From NCBI GenBank assembly GCA_023244895.1, contig JAHFLL010000001.1, positions 745,802 through 809,801 of the forward strand: DNA of 64,000 nt, given 5' to 3'. The translations under genes and the position numbers were made by a program. The first letter of the stretch is position 1; every line of letters begins with the position of its first letter. Below the pieces are notes generated by a model. That model searched no databases. It had not been told where the DNA came from and saw only the letters and a program-made list of their open reading frames with translations. The stretch comes from Candidatus Liptonbacteria bacterium (GTDB lineage: Bacteria; Patescibacteriota; Minisyncoccia; UBA6257; 2-01-FULL-56-20). Below, piece after piece: positions 1-10,491 of this stretch.

Positions 1-407
1 GCCAAGGCCATACCAGCTCCCAATGGTAAGCCATGACCTCCCGAACCATTACTAGTCTCAAGTCCTGGTAAAACATCTAGAACGACATGGCTGGCCAATT
101 TCGTACCATCTCTGCCATACTCTTCCAGTTTCTCTATGGGGAAAAAACCGAAAAATCCTAGCGTAGCATAAACTGCCGATACGGCGTGTCCCTTACTTAG
201 GACCAACTTATCTCTACCTTCCTTTTTGGGATGGTGGGGATCAACCCTCATAACCCCACCAAAATACAAAGACGTTATTATGTCGGCGGCTGAAAGAGCG
301 GAACCAACATGGGAACTCTTGGCTCGATAAATTATTTCCACAATCTTGCGCCGAGTAAGCTTGGCCTGCGACTTTAGCTCTAAAATTTTTTCTGGGGCTG
401 CCGGCAT
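1..407 (-). CDS. Transketolase, N-terminal subunit (partial; 3' end lies beyond the window edge)
   Basis: Minus-strand reading from the ATG at 405-407 gives MPAAPEKILELKSQAKLTRRKIVEIIYRAKSSHVGSALSAADIITSLYFGGVMRVDPHHPKKEGRDKLVLSKGHAVSAVYATLG, which is the thiamine-diphosphate-binding N-terminal section of split transketolases. The ORF is open to the window edge. Confidence 0.6.
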   Translation of the reverse strand, partial: MPAAPEKILELKSQAKLTRRKIVEIIYRAKSSHVGSALSAADIITSLYFGGVMRVDPHHPKKEGRDKLVLSKGHAVSAVYATLGFFGFFPIEKLEEYGRDGTKLASHVVLDVLPGLETSNGSGGHGLPLGAGMAL

Positions 408-412
408 GATAA

Positions 413-1375
413 CTATTTTTTCACAAAAAATTCATTTTTCTTATAAACTAACTCTATGTTCTCCAGCTCTTCTGGAGTAAGTCCAGGGAGTTCGCTGGCT
501 CGTACATTTTCCTCTACTTCCGAAACCTTTAGCATCCCAGGAATAACCGTAGACACAGCATTAAAACCCAAACAAAATTGGAGGGCGAGTTGAGTGGGAG
601 TCCGTTCTGGATTGCGATTTACAAAAGAAAATAAGTCCGGCGCATCTGCCCATCGCTGGAGTTGTTCTTTGGACCAAGCAGAACGATGATCTTCCTGACT
701 GAAGTTAAAGTCTTTTATTTTTCCACTTAAGAAACCAAATGCAAGTGGCGTCCGCGCGATTACACCCACCCCCCTCTCTTGAGCCAAATCAAACACGCCT
801 TGCTCTAGGGCACGCTGGTCAATCATATTGAAGTTAGTTTGCACCGTCTCTGCCCCGAACTCCTTTATGGCAATCAGCGCTTCTGCTGGATTTTTAATGG
901 ATATGCCGAACGCTTTAATCTTCCCCTCTCTCTTTAACTCCAACATGGTCGAAACCGCATCTTCCGTATCACGTATAAGCTCCATGGGCGGACTGTGAAT
1001 CTGATAAACGTCTAGATAGTCCGTTCCTAGTCGCTTCAAGCTTTGTTCTATCTCCTGCCGGATATAACTGCCATGCACATCAAACGAACCCCTATGCCTC
1101 ACCATTCCGACCTTGCTCGCGATAACAACTTTATCGCGCAGCCCCTTGAAGGCCTGGCCCAACAATTCTTCGCTGTGACCATAACCGTACACATTAGAAG
1201 TGTCATAGAGCGTAATCCCAAGATCGAAAGCTGTTCTAAGCGCCCGCAGAGACTCTTCGTCATCTGTCTCGCCATAAGAATTAGCCCCATCTGAGGTTGC
1301 TCCTCCGATACCCCAAGTACCAAAACCAATTTCAGAAACCTTTATGCCCGTATTGCCGAGTATGCGATAATTCAT
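413..1375 (-). CDS. Aldo/keto reductase family oxidoreductase
   Basis: The N-terminus MNYRILGNTGIKVSEIGFGTWGIGG and the rest of the protein show the AKR fold signature. The length is 320 aa. Confidence 0.75.
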   Translation of the reverse strand: MNYRILGNTGIKVSEIGFGTWGIGGATSDGANSYGETDDEESLRALRTAFDLGITLYDTSNVYGYGHSEELLGQAFKGLRDKVVIASKVGMVRHRGSFDVHGSYIRQEIEQSLKRLGTDYLDVYQIHSPPMELIRDTEDAVSTMLELKREGKIKAFGISIKNPAEALIAIKEFGAETVQTNFNMIDQRALEQGVFDLAQERGVGVIARTPLAFGFLSGKIKDFNFSQEDHRSAWSKEQLQRWADAPDLFSFVNRNPERTPTQLALQFCLGFNAVSTVIPGMLKVSEVEENVRASELPGLTPEELENIELVYKKNEFFVKK

Positions 1376-1379
1376 GTTT

Positions 1380-2330
1380 TTATAATCTTAATTTATTTGC
1401 ATCTGGATAGTTGGCGACAAAATAGTCAACCGCTCTCTTGATCGTGTCCCGGATGGATGCATATTTGAAGCCGGACAATTTCAAAAAGCGCGAATTGTCG
1501 GTAGCCTTACGATACTGCCCCGCCGGCTTGGTGGTATCAAATGTTATTCGGCCAGGATCAATGCCTAGAAAATCCGCAATTAGATAAGCCGCGTCTTTTA
1601 TGGATATTTCTTCCATAGTGCCTATGTTTAGAACTTGCGCCTCATCATAATTATCAATCATCCAAACCGCTATTCTAGCTACGTCCTGATCAGAGGTGAC
1701 CTGGCGTAAGGGGGAACCATCTCCCCAAACAACTAAGGGGGCACTACCTTCTTTATTTTCGTAGAACCTCCTGATAAGGGCTGGGATAGCGGTAGACGAT
1801 TTCGGATCGAAATTACTGCGTGGACCCAAAATTGCATCTGGCACCATCCCCACGACACTCATTCCGTATTCATGACGATATGCCTTGATGGTAGGATCTA
1901 TCAAGCGCTTGGCAAAGGCATAACCATAATTCGCCTCATGGGGATATCCCCCGTGCATAGATTCTTCTTTAATAGGTATTTCCACATTTAAGGGATACAC
2001 CGCCCCGGATAAAGTCATAAGAACTTTCGGGGTTCCAACATTGCGAGCCGCCTCCAAGATACTAAAATTCATCAGAATGTTGTCGCGCATTACGCTTGCG
2101 GGATGGTCTATGGTCAATTGCAAACCACCTGAAATGGCAGCGAAATGGATAATCGCATCCGGCTTCAGATCCGCCACATATTTTTTAGTAGCTTCGAAAT
2201 CTAGAAGGTTGCAATCCTTAGAGCTCGGGAGAAAAAACTCCTTTTCAGGATATTCCCCCATCACGCTCCTTAGGCCAGTTCCAGCAACCGCCCCCCCGCC
2301 CGTAACCATTATTTTCTTGTATACGCTCAT
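1380..2330 (-). CDS. GDP-L-fucose synthase-like SDR epimerase/reductase (Fcl/ColC family), paralog 1
   Basis: The protein has a Gly-rich NAD-binding N-terminus, a YxxxK active-site motif, and a C-terminal segment (VVWGDGSPLRQ...DTTKP) that parallels Fcl. Confidence 0.55.
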   Translation of the reverse strand: MSVYKKIMVTGGGAVAGTGLRSVMGEYPEKEFFLPSSKDCNLLDFEATKKYVADLKPDAIIHFAAISGGLQLTIDHPASVMRDNILMNFSILEAARNVGTPKVLMTLSGAVYPLNVEIPIKEESMHGGYPHEANYGYAFAKRLIDPTIKAYRHEYGMSVVGMVPDAILGPRSNFDPKSSTAIPALIRRFYENKEGSAPLVVWGDGSPLRQVTSDQDVARIAVWMIDNYDEAQVLNIGTMEEISIKDAAYLIADFLGIDPGRITFDTTKPAGQYRKATDNSRFLKLSGFKYASIRDTIKRAVDYFVANYPDANKLRL

Positions 2331-2426
2331 GATCCTTAAATCTTAAGACAAATGCCCAACTAAACGCAAACCATGGCGCCACTCATCGCTCGATCTAGCG
2401 CAAAAACAGGCCTCTTTTGCCACTCG

Positions 2427-3365
2427 CTATATGTTTGCGTAGTTGTTGCGCTTCACTACCTGATACCCCTTGATTAACTCTTCCACTCCGTCTCCCAGGG
2501 GGATCTGGGGCTTGTAACCAGTCTTTTCTATTTTTTCATTGCTCACGATATAGTTGCGTTTGTCTGGATCCTCTCCGATTTTGGATTCCAAGAAAACAAA
2601 CTTAGGCAACTGCTTCTGTATCTCCGCGCAAAGCTCTAACTTGCTAAGATTGGCATTACTCAGGCCCACGTTATAAACCTGGCCCTTCATTTGCTCAAAA
2701 TTGTTTAAGGCATGCATAAAGGCCCGCACTACGTCGCGGACATGAATGTAGTTGCGCTTGAAGTTGCCCTCAAAAATGACTACCGCCCTATCGTTTACCG
2801 CACGATAAACAAAATCGTTTACCAGCAAGTCTAAGCGCATGCGAGGACTTACGCCGAACACGGTTGCCAACCGAAAAACTATTGCGTTTCCAGCAGCGAG
2901 CAACTCTTGCTCTGCTTGAACCTTGAGCTTGCCATAAAGAGAAATGGGGTCAAGTGGAGAATTTTCATCGCAATAGGCGACATCGCCCTGACCCCGGCCA
3001 TAACCGCTATTAGTGTTCGGAAAAATTATCTTCTGCTCCGGTTTGCGCAACCGCAGAATCATCTGAATTGCTTCCAGATTTATAGTTCTCGCGCCTACCG
3101 GATCCTTGTCGCAAAGAGGCGCTCCCACCAAACAGGCCAATGGAATGATAAAATCCTTGCCCTCCAGATGTTTTTTAATCAGCTCCTCGTTGCGTACATC
3201 CCCTCGCACAATCGTAAAGGCCTTGTAATTGCAAACGTCCAAAAGAGAGTTCTGCCCGTACATAAAATTGTCGATCACTGTGACCTCATGGCCCGCCCTT
3301 AAGAGCTCGGGCGTCAATACCGACCCGATATATCCCGCCCCACCCGTCACTAATATTTTAGACAT
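2427..3365 (-). CDS. NAD-dependent sugar-nucleotide epimerase/dehydratase (extended SDR)
   Basis: It contains the TGGAGYIGS Rossmann motif and a YGKLK catalytic YxxxK motif. Confidence 0.6.
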   Translation of the reverse strand: MSKILVTGGAGYIGSVLTPELLRAGHEVTVIDNFMYGQNSLLDVCNYKAFTIVRGDVRNEELIKKHLEGKDFIIPLACLVGAPLCDKDPVGARTINLEAIQMILRLRKPEQKIIFPNTNSGYGRGQGDVAYCDENSPLDPISLYGKLKVQAEQELLAAGNAIVFRLATVFGVSPRMRLDLLVNDFVYRAVNDRAVVIFEGNFKRNYIHVRDVVRAFMHALNNFEQMKGQVYNVGLSNANLSKLELCAEIQKQLPKFVFLESKIGEDPDKRNYIVSNEKIEKTGYKPQIPLGDGVEELIKGYQVVKRNNYANI

Positions 3366-3384
3366 AGTTTTATTAAATTTTATA

Positions 3385-4485
3385 TTATTTTTTTTCTAAC
3401 GGCGCACCAATGCTGGAAAAAATTTCTTTGAACCTTTTCTCGGCGTAGTGATCTTTAATGGTTCGCTCATATCCCCTCTGGGCTATTTTTTCTCGTTCCT
3501 CATTATGCTCTAAATAGTAATTAATTTTTTCTGCTAAATCTTTGTTGTCCCGATAAAAAATAATTTCTTCGCCAGGCTTGTAATAATCCCTCAAATCATC
3601 CGCGTCTTGAGTAATCTCCGCGGTTCCACATGCGGGAATCTCAAAATTCCTTGCCTTCACCTGTAAAATCTTTTTCTGCATCCAAGAAGCAAAATTATCT
3701 CGGAAATTATGGATGTCTAGCTTATAGGGCAGTCCCCCTTCTCCCAAAAAGGCCCTCCTTATAAAAAGCCTTATAATTGGACGCCAGCCGAAATAAAAGG
3801 CGGGGGGGTTGAGGGACAGACTTATCTTACTACGATTTATAATGTCTATCATTTCTTCCTGGGTAACCGCTCCCTCTGGCCAACCGTTACCCCTGGTCAA
3901 AACTGAGATGTTTTTATCGCGAAGATAAGAGATGGTTTCTCCTCTTAACTTGCTCCAAGTGCCAACGAAACTGACATTTATGTCTTTGGCGGTATTGGTT
4001 TTTTTGTAAGTGCTCAAATCCACGCCTGGTTGACTATGAATTACGTTTTGACAGCCTATCTCGCGATAACGCGCCGGTGCATCCCCGCAATACGTTACTA
4101 TCCAGGAAAAAAACGGTGCGAAGTGGCGAGAGATTCTATCCCAGCTCCAACTATCGTCTACACACATATAAACCAATTTGGAATTTGATTTTTCTTTGAG
4201 CGCGCGCAACGTCTCTATGCCTATATCGTATTCTGCCCCGTGGAAAATACACACCTCCGGTTTTTCTCGCAAAATGTGATCTATTAGCATTTTCCTTGCC
4301 GGGTCGCGGCCATGCTCAAGAATGGCCTCATCTATCCAAAAAAACTCCACGCTGTGACCATTAGCCTCGGCTAAACGCTTTAGGGGTTGATATTCCAAGT
4401 AATAATTGGCGGTCCCGTTGCGATTGGTCTTTTCCCAACTACGACTGTAGTAATCGTTGCGATAATCTACTAATAGTATCTTCAT
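3385..4485 (-). CDS. CgeB-like glycosyltransferase (DUF3880 / GT1-like C-terminal domain), paralog A
   Basis: The C-terminal block FEIPACGTAEITQDADDLRDYYKPGEEIIFYRDNKDLAEKINYYLEHNEEREKIAQRGYERT is characteristic of spore-maturation CgeB-type glycosyltransferases. The same block recurs at 7182..8249 and 8259..9299. Confidence 0.5.
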   Translation of the reverse strand: MKILLVDYRNDYYSRSWEKTNRNGTANYYLEYQPLKRLAEANGHSVEFFWIDEAILEHGRDPARKMLIDHILREKPEVCIFHGAEYDIGIETLRALKEKSNSKLVYMCVDDSWSWDRISRHFAPFFSWIVTYCGDAPARYREIGCQNVIHSQPGVDLSTYKKTNTAKDINVSFVGTWSKLRGETISYLRDKNISVLTRGNGWPEGAVTQEEMIDIINRSKISLSLNPPAFYFGWRPIIRLFIRRAFLGEGGLPYKLDIHNFRDNFASWMQKKILQVKARNFEIPACGTAEITQDADDLRDYYKPGEEIIFYRDNKDLAEKINYYLEHNEEREKIAQRGYERTIKDHYAEKRFKEIFSSIGAPLEKK

Positions 4486-4494
4486 GGGTGGATG

Positions 4495-5670
4495 CTATGA
4501 CCCGACTGCGCCCAACACTATTTTGGCAATAAATTCTACGTCTTCCGGCTTCATGCTGGGATGATTCGGTAGAAAAAGCCCCGTATAATGAATGCGATCC
4601 GCCATGGGGAAGGATGCTTTGCCGTAACGATTAATCCAAAATGGATGCAACCCCAAGTTGCCTGCCGAGAAAATTCTGGTCTCTACTCCATTTTCCTCCA
4701 AGACGCTAACTATTTTGCGCCGCTCCTCTCCATCTCTCGCCAATAATCCAAAGTGGATACTGCAAATTGTGTCCATTTCCCCATACTTTTGTATTTGGAA
4801 CCGTCCATTAAATATACTCTTGTATAAGTCATGATTTGCCTTGCGTCGCTCAATCAGCCATTCCATTTTGTCCACCTGACGGATACCTAAGAAAGCGTTT
4901 AAGTCTGTGGATCGCAAGTTAAATCCCGGCTCATAGAACACAAAGGGGGCATGGAAATTATCCACCCCATACTTGTCTATTAAGGCTTGATGGGTTTCTT
5001 TGTCCAAGTCCTTACCCCAGCCATGACTACGCAACATTAACAACAGGTCGTTAAACTTCTTGTTGTCTGTAGAGACAATGCCTCCCTCAATAGTAGATAT
5101 CTGGTGCCCAAAATATAGGGAGAAGCTAGACATGTCTCCGAACGTACCGACATGCTTTCCTTTATAAGAGGCACCCATCGCAGCACAAGCATCTTCCAAC
5201 AAGAAAAATCCATACTTCTTTTTGAGCGCCATAAGCTCATCCATCTTGTGAGGCACGCCCAAAACCTGAACCATCACCACGGTGCTAGGCTCGTGCTCAA
5301 TAAGTAGTTTCTCTAAGTGGACCAAATCCAGTCCGAAGGTGTCTGGATCAGCTTCGCACATAATTGGTTCGAACCCTAACTGAATTGCGGGGGCGATGGT
5401 CGTGACCCAGCCCACGCTAGGCACAATTACCTTTTTATTCTTAAGCTCGCCGGACAGGAGCAGAGCATCATACATCAAAAGATTTGCAGAAGAACCGGAG
5501 TTATTAAACACTGAATATTTGCGACCCAGCCAGGCATTCCATTTGGCCTCGAACTCCGGGGTCAATGGCCCCTTGGTCAGCCGCGGATAAGATTTAAGCC
5601 AGGAAATCAGGGCATCTATATCTTGATTATCAATCGTGTCTTCCGCTAGAAAATATTTTATTGGTTTCAT
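4495..5670 (-). CDS. DegT/DnrJ/EryC1 family PLP enzyme of the 3-dehydratase type (ColD / E1 DdhC-like; His replaces the PLP lysine)
   Basis: It has the DegT fold. The PLP-site motif reads SFSLYFGHQISTIEGG, with His where aminotransferases have Lys, as in GDP-4-keto-6-deoxymannose 3-dehydratase ColD and CDP-hexulose 3-dehydrase E1. Confidence 0.55.
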   Translation of the reverse strand: MKPIKYFLAEDTIDNQDIDALISWLKSYPRLTKGPLTPEFEAKWNAWLGRKYSVFNNSGSSANLLMYDALLLSGELKNKKVIVPSVGWVTTIAPAIQLGFEPIMCEADPDTFGLDLVHLEKLLIEHEPSTVVMVQVLGVPHKMDELMALKKKYGFFLLEDACAAMGASYKGKHVGTFGDMSSFSLYFGHQISTIEGGIVSTDNKKFNDLLLMLRSHGWGKDLDKETHQALIDKYGVDNFHAPFVFYEPGFNLRSTDLNAFLGIRQVDKMEWLIERRKANHDLYKSIFNGRFQIQKYGEMDTICSIHFGLLARDGEERRKIVSVLEENGVETRIFSAGNLGLHPFWINRYGKASFPMADRIHYTGLFLPNHPSMKPEDVEFIAKIVLGAVGS

Positions 5671-6605
5671 TGATTTTTTAAATTTTCTTTATACCAGGAA
5701 TAGGTACGCGCCAGACCATCTAGTAAGCCGATTTTAGCTTCCCAGCCCAAAGATTGCAAACGCTCTCCAGACAAGAGTTTGCGCAATGCACCATCCGGCT
5801 TGGATGCGTCCCAAGTGATTGTTCCAGAGAAACCAACCGTATGGGCTACGAGCTCCGCAAGCTCGCGAATAGAAACTTCCGAACTGCTGGCTATATTCAT
5901 TGTCCGCCATGGCAAATTGGGCTGATTCATAATAAACATACAGGCGTCGGCAATGTCGTCCGCATAAACAAATTCTCGTTGGGGCAGACCAGTACCCCAC
6001 AACTCAACCGTGGATGTGTTGTTTCGCACCGCTTCCTCAAAACGACGCAAAAAAACAGAAAGAACATGACCCTCATTAAGACTAAAATTGTCACCTGGTC
6101 CATAGGCAGTATTAGGAATAACTGTGACAAAATCCGTGCCGTATTGTTCGTGTAGATACTCCACCAGCTTCATCCCCGATATTTTTGCAATGGCATAGCC
6201 CAAGCTCGTTTCTTCCGGTAGCCCGCGCAAGAGCTCCTCCTCTCGCATGGGCTGAGCGCATGTCTTGGGATACATACACGAACTCCCAAAAAAAATAAGG
6301 CGCTTAACGCCAACATTATGCGCCGCGGATAAAACGTTTACCTGAATCTCTGTATTCTCAAGCAAAAAATCTGCTTGATGCGTACGGTTTGCCTGAATAC
6401 TACCAACCTTGCCCGCCGCCAGGAAGACATATTCTGGTCGCTCTATGTTAAAAAAATCTCGGACCGCTCGCTGATCGCGCAAATCTAATTCGGATCTGGT
6501 TTTAACAATAATGTTTGCATACCCCGCCTCTCGTAATTTTTGCAAAAGGGAACGGCCGATCAGTCCGGTGTGGCCCGCAACGTATATTTTAGAATCTCTT
6601 TCCAT
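5667..6605 (-). CDS. fcl: GDP-L-fucose synthase / GDP-L-colitose synthase-like reductase (Fcl/ColC), paralog 2
   Basis: It aligns along its whole length with Fcl (VAGHTGLIGRSL, FFGSSCMYPK, YAIAK, ending DASKPDG). Its start overlaps the downstream 3-dehydratase gene by 4 nt, which suggests translational coupling. Confidence 0.65.
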   Translation of the reverse strand: MERDSKIYVAGHTGLIGRSLLQKLREAGYANIIVKTRSELDLRDQRAVRDFFNIERPEYVFLAAGKVGSIQANRTHQADFLLENTEIQVNVLSAAHNVGVKRLIFFGSSCMYPKTCAQPMREEELLRGLPEETSLGYAIAKISGMKLVEYLHEQYGTDFVTVIPNTAYGPGDNFSLNEGHVLSVFLRRFEEAVRNNTSTVELWGTGLPQREFVYADDIADACMFIMNQPNLPWRTMNIASSSEVSIRELAELVAHTVGFSGTITWDASKPDGALRKLLSGERLQSLGWEAKIGLLDGLARTYSWYKENLKNQ

Positions 6606-6607
6606 GG

Positions 6608-7180
6608 TTATTTAAGCCTTGGCACTACCCGCTCACAGACGAAATGCACCAGAAGCGTATGCGCCTCTTGAATTATAGCCGTATTCTCGGAGGGAACCAC
6701 GATTGAAATGTCGCACTCCGATTTTATGATCCCTCCGTCTCGCCCCAGCAACCCGATAGTCTTCATGCCCAACTCTTTCGCTCTTCTCATGGCTTGAACT
6801 ATATTCTGAGAATTACCACTGGTAGATATCCCAAAAAACACATCCCCGACTTGGCCCAGAGCCTCTATCTGTCTAGAGAATATGCTATCCAGGTCGTCTT
6901 TTCCAAAATCGTTTATCCAGGCGGTAAGGTAGGACGTATCGGTAGTGAGGGAAACGGCGGGATACCCCTGTCTTTTCTCCCTATGTAGGGTGGCAACTAT
7001 TTCTGCGGAAAGGTGTTGCGCTTGAGCGGCGCTGCCCCCATTGCCCGCGATTAGCAATTTGTGCCTGGATATTAAGGTCGCACCTATCAGATCAATGGCC
7101 TGACCAACCTGTTTCTCTATGCCTCCATCTTTTAAGCTGGCAAGGGTGGAAATTGTCTCATCTAGTCTTTGATTAAACAT
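6608..7180 (-). CDS. gmhA: D-sedoheptulose-7-phosphate isomerase (SIS domain)
   Basis: The SIS-domain motif LIAGNGGSAAQAQH is present, and the 190 aa length is typical for GmhA. Confidence 0.7.
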   Translation of the reverse strand: MFNQRLDETISTLASLKDGGIEKQVGQAIDLIGATLISRHKLLIAGNGGSAAQAQHLSAEIVATLHREKRQGYPAVSLTTDTSYLTAWINDFGKDDLDSIFSRQIEALGQVGDVFFGISTSGNSQNIVQAMRRAKELGMKTIGLLGRDGGIIKSECDISIVVPSENTAIIQEAHTLLVHFVCERVVPRLK

Positions 7181-7181
7181 T

Positions 7182-8249
7182 TTATTTTTCTATTATAGAC
7201 CCTATTATTTTATCCACCGACTTGTCATAAGTGTAGTTCAATGCTATTGCTCTTGCTCGTTTTGCGCAAGACATCCTTTCTTCTGGTCGCTCTAAATAAT
7301 ATTCCACCTTTCTCTTGAGATCTTCATCGTCTTTGTAAAAACCGATGGATTCGCCGAATAATTCGTACGTTAGAGGCACCCGTTCGCTAACCTGGAAAAC
7401 ACCCGAAAGAGCTATGTCAAAAGTACGCTGAGTGGTAGTGGTAAAAGAATCTTTCGGCATACCCAAAGTACCTATTGCGATTTTAGCGCCATTGTAAACC
7501 AGATTGGACTTATCAATCGGCAAGGAGCCACCCCACTTGTCCTTGAGCCATGGGAACTCCAAAAATCCCATCTCCCATCCATAGCCATATATTTTCAGAT
7601 TGTATTCCCTGAATGCTTCCAGGGATTTAGCGCGTGAAGGTAAATATTTACCGATAAAGACTATGTCTGACTTATACTCTTCAGCAACCTCTGCTGGAAA
7701 AAATATATTGTGATCGGAGGCCAGAGGAAGAAGCTCGACTCTTTTTTTGTTTTTCTCCCAGAGCACCTCTCGCCAGAGCCCATCTCCCACCATAAAAACA
7801 CGGTCAAAATAATCAAATTTTTCCTCCCAAGTATCATCTCTAACAACTGGCTCTCCCAACCACAAGATCAGCTTGGCTTTAGTTAATGCGCGTAATAACT
7901 TCAAGACAAGATGCGATCCAGGCGTCCAAATAAAAACAACCAGACTATCTTTTCGCCAAGACAACCAGGCCCGAAACAATACCTCTAGTTCTGTTACGAA
8001 TTGGCGAGCTGTTTTTAGATAACGAAACAACCTGGGAGTTACTCGCCGGAGGGTCATCTTCGCGCGCTCTAAAACGTTGACTACTGAATCCTTGTTTCCG
8101 CCCCAAGTAGCGGGTACGGAATTATTATAGACAATAGTAGCGGCTAGGCCCCTCCGCAAGCAGGCCTGATAAAAAAGCTTGGCCCAATCTCCATACCAAG
8201 CAGCCCCAACCACCACTATTCTGACATTCTTCCTGATCATATCTGCCAC
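7182..8249 (-). CDS. CgeB-like glycosyltransferase, paralog B
   Basis: The C-terminal motif FDIALSGVFQVSERVPL...FYKDDEDLKRKVEYYLERPEER matches the two other CgeB-like paralogs. Confidence 0.45.
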   Translation of the reverse strand: MADMIRKNVRIVVVGAAWYGDWAKLFYQACLRRGLAATIVYNNSVPATWGGNKDSVVNVLERAKMTLRRVTPRLFRYLKTARQFVTELEVLFRAWLSWRKDSLVVFIWTPGSHLVLKLLRALTKAKLILWLGEPVVRDDTWEEKFDYFDRVFMVGDGLWREVLWEKNKKRVELLPLASDHNIFFPAEVAEEYKSDIVFIGKYLPSRAKSLEAFREYNLKIYGYGWEMGFLEFPWLKDKWGGSLPIDKSNLVYNGAKIAIGTLGMPKDSFTTTTQRTFDIALSGVFQVSERVPLTYELFGESIGFYKDDEDLKRKVEYYLERPEERMSCAKRARAIALNYTYDKSVDKIIGSIIEK

Positions 8250-8258
8250 GTTGCGCAG

Positions 8259-9299
8259 CTAGCCTACTCCAGCTTTGTTAAAAATATCCTCTAACCTTTT
8301 CATGTAAGAGTGCTCTTTTACTGTCCTCTCATATCCAGCCTTAGCGATCCTCTCGCGTTCAGCGTCATGCTCCAGGTAGTACCTTATCTTGTCTATATAA
8401 TCATCATCATTCTCATAGAAAACTATTTCTTCTCCCGGTTTGAAGTAGTTTTCTAAATCATCTGCATGGGCAGTTAGCATAAATCCCCCGCAGGCGGGTA
8501 TCTCGAAGTGCCTGCCTTTAATCTGGCGCGTGCCTCTTCCGAGAAAGCTCCTCAAATTGGAGTAAAAATGATAGTCCGGAACGATCTTGTCTACGGATCT
8601 TCGGAAAAATAACCTACCCACGCTGTCTTTGTTCCAAAACCCGGGCGGCGGATTAAGCGCCAAACTCACCTTACTAATACCGAAAAGCTTGACCATCTCT
8701 TCGTCGCTCGCCCGTTTGGCGCTTGGCCATCCCCCGCCCCAAACATCCACCGGTATGCCCGCGTTGCGAATCTTGTCTACAATTTCCCCTCGGGGCTTAC
8801 TCCAGCCACCCACAAAAGTCGTGTCTGGCCTATCGGCTGGAACCGGACTGGGCTTATAAACATCGATGTTCGCCCCCCATTGGGAACGGATAACGTTTGG
8901 CTGACCGTGCTTTTTATATATCTCCGGCATCCAGGAGTAGGTGGTGATAGCCCAAGAGAAATACTTGGCCCAAATACGGGAATAATTCCAGTAGCGCCAG
9001 CTATCATCCGAAAACCAAGCTATGCTTACAGTTCGATCTTTTATTTTATCTAGGATATAAGGAGAAAATTCATCTGTGTACATGAATGCGAAGAATACGT
9101 CTGGCTTAAAATCAATTACTTTGGCCAACAGCTCTGCGTTGAACCTGTCTTTGGTTGATTGCAAGATCTTGTCAAACGCGAAAAATTCAACCTGATGCGA
9201 CGAGCTCTTCAGCTGTGTGTAAAAATTATGATACTCAAAGCTCTTCCCTCGCTTAGGATCATATTTATCGTTTTCTAATCCGGCAAAAAGTATCTTCAT
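8259..9299 (-). CDS. CgeB-like glycosyltransferase, paralog C
   Basis: It has the block HFEIPACGGFMLTAHADDLENYFKPGEEIVFYENDDDYIDKIRYYLEHDAERERIAKAGYERT. The N-terminal two thirds are also similar to paralog A (motifs WSKPRGE and SLALNPP). Confidence 0.5.
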   Translation of the reverse strand: MKILFAGLENDKYDPKRGKSFEYHNFYTQLKSSSHQVEFFAFDKILQSTKDRFNAELLAKVIDFKPDVFFAFMYTDEFSPYILDKIKDRTVSIAWFSDDSWRYWNYSRIWAKYFSWAITTYSWMPEIYKKHGQPNVIRSQWGANIDVYKPSPVPADRPDTTFVGGWSKPRGEIVDKIRNAGIPVDVWGGGWPSAKRASDEEMVKLFGISKVSLALNPPPGFWNKDSVGRLFFRRSVDKIVPDYHFYSNLRSFLGRGTRQIKGRHFEIPACGGFMLTAHADDLENYFKPGEEIVFYENDDDYIDKIRYYLEHDAERERIAKAGYERTVKEHSYMKRLEDIFNKAGVG

Positions 9300-9431
9300 A
9301 TCTTTCTAAGTTATCTTTATTTTATACTCACTCTGACTTACTAATCAAACGTTTGATTGCACTACATCTCCTCAATAGCAAGCCTAAAAATGTTTTTTGG
9401 TATTTTGCACGAGATTTCTTGCCTCCACTTA

Positions 9432-10394
<963 letters not shown>

Positions 10395-10491
10395 CTAGAA
10401 GTATAGACCCGACCCTGGTTTTGGACAAATTTTAAGGCGCGTCCCCACTGGGAGACGCGCCTCATACGAGCCCGGACGCTATCCGGGCAAT

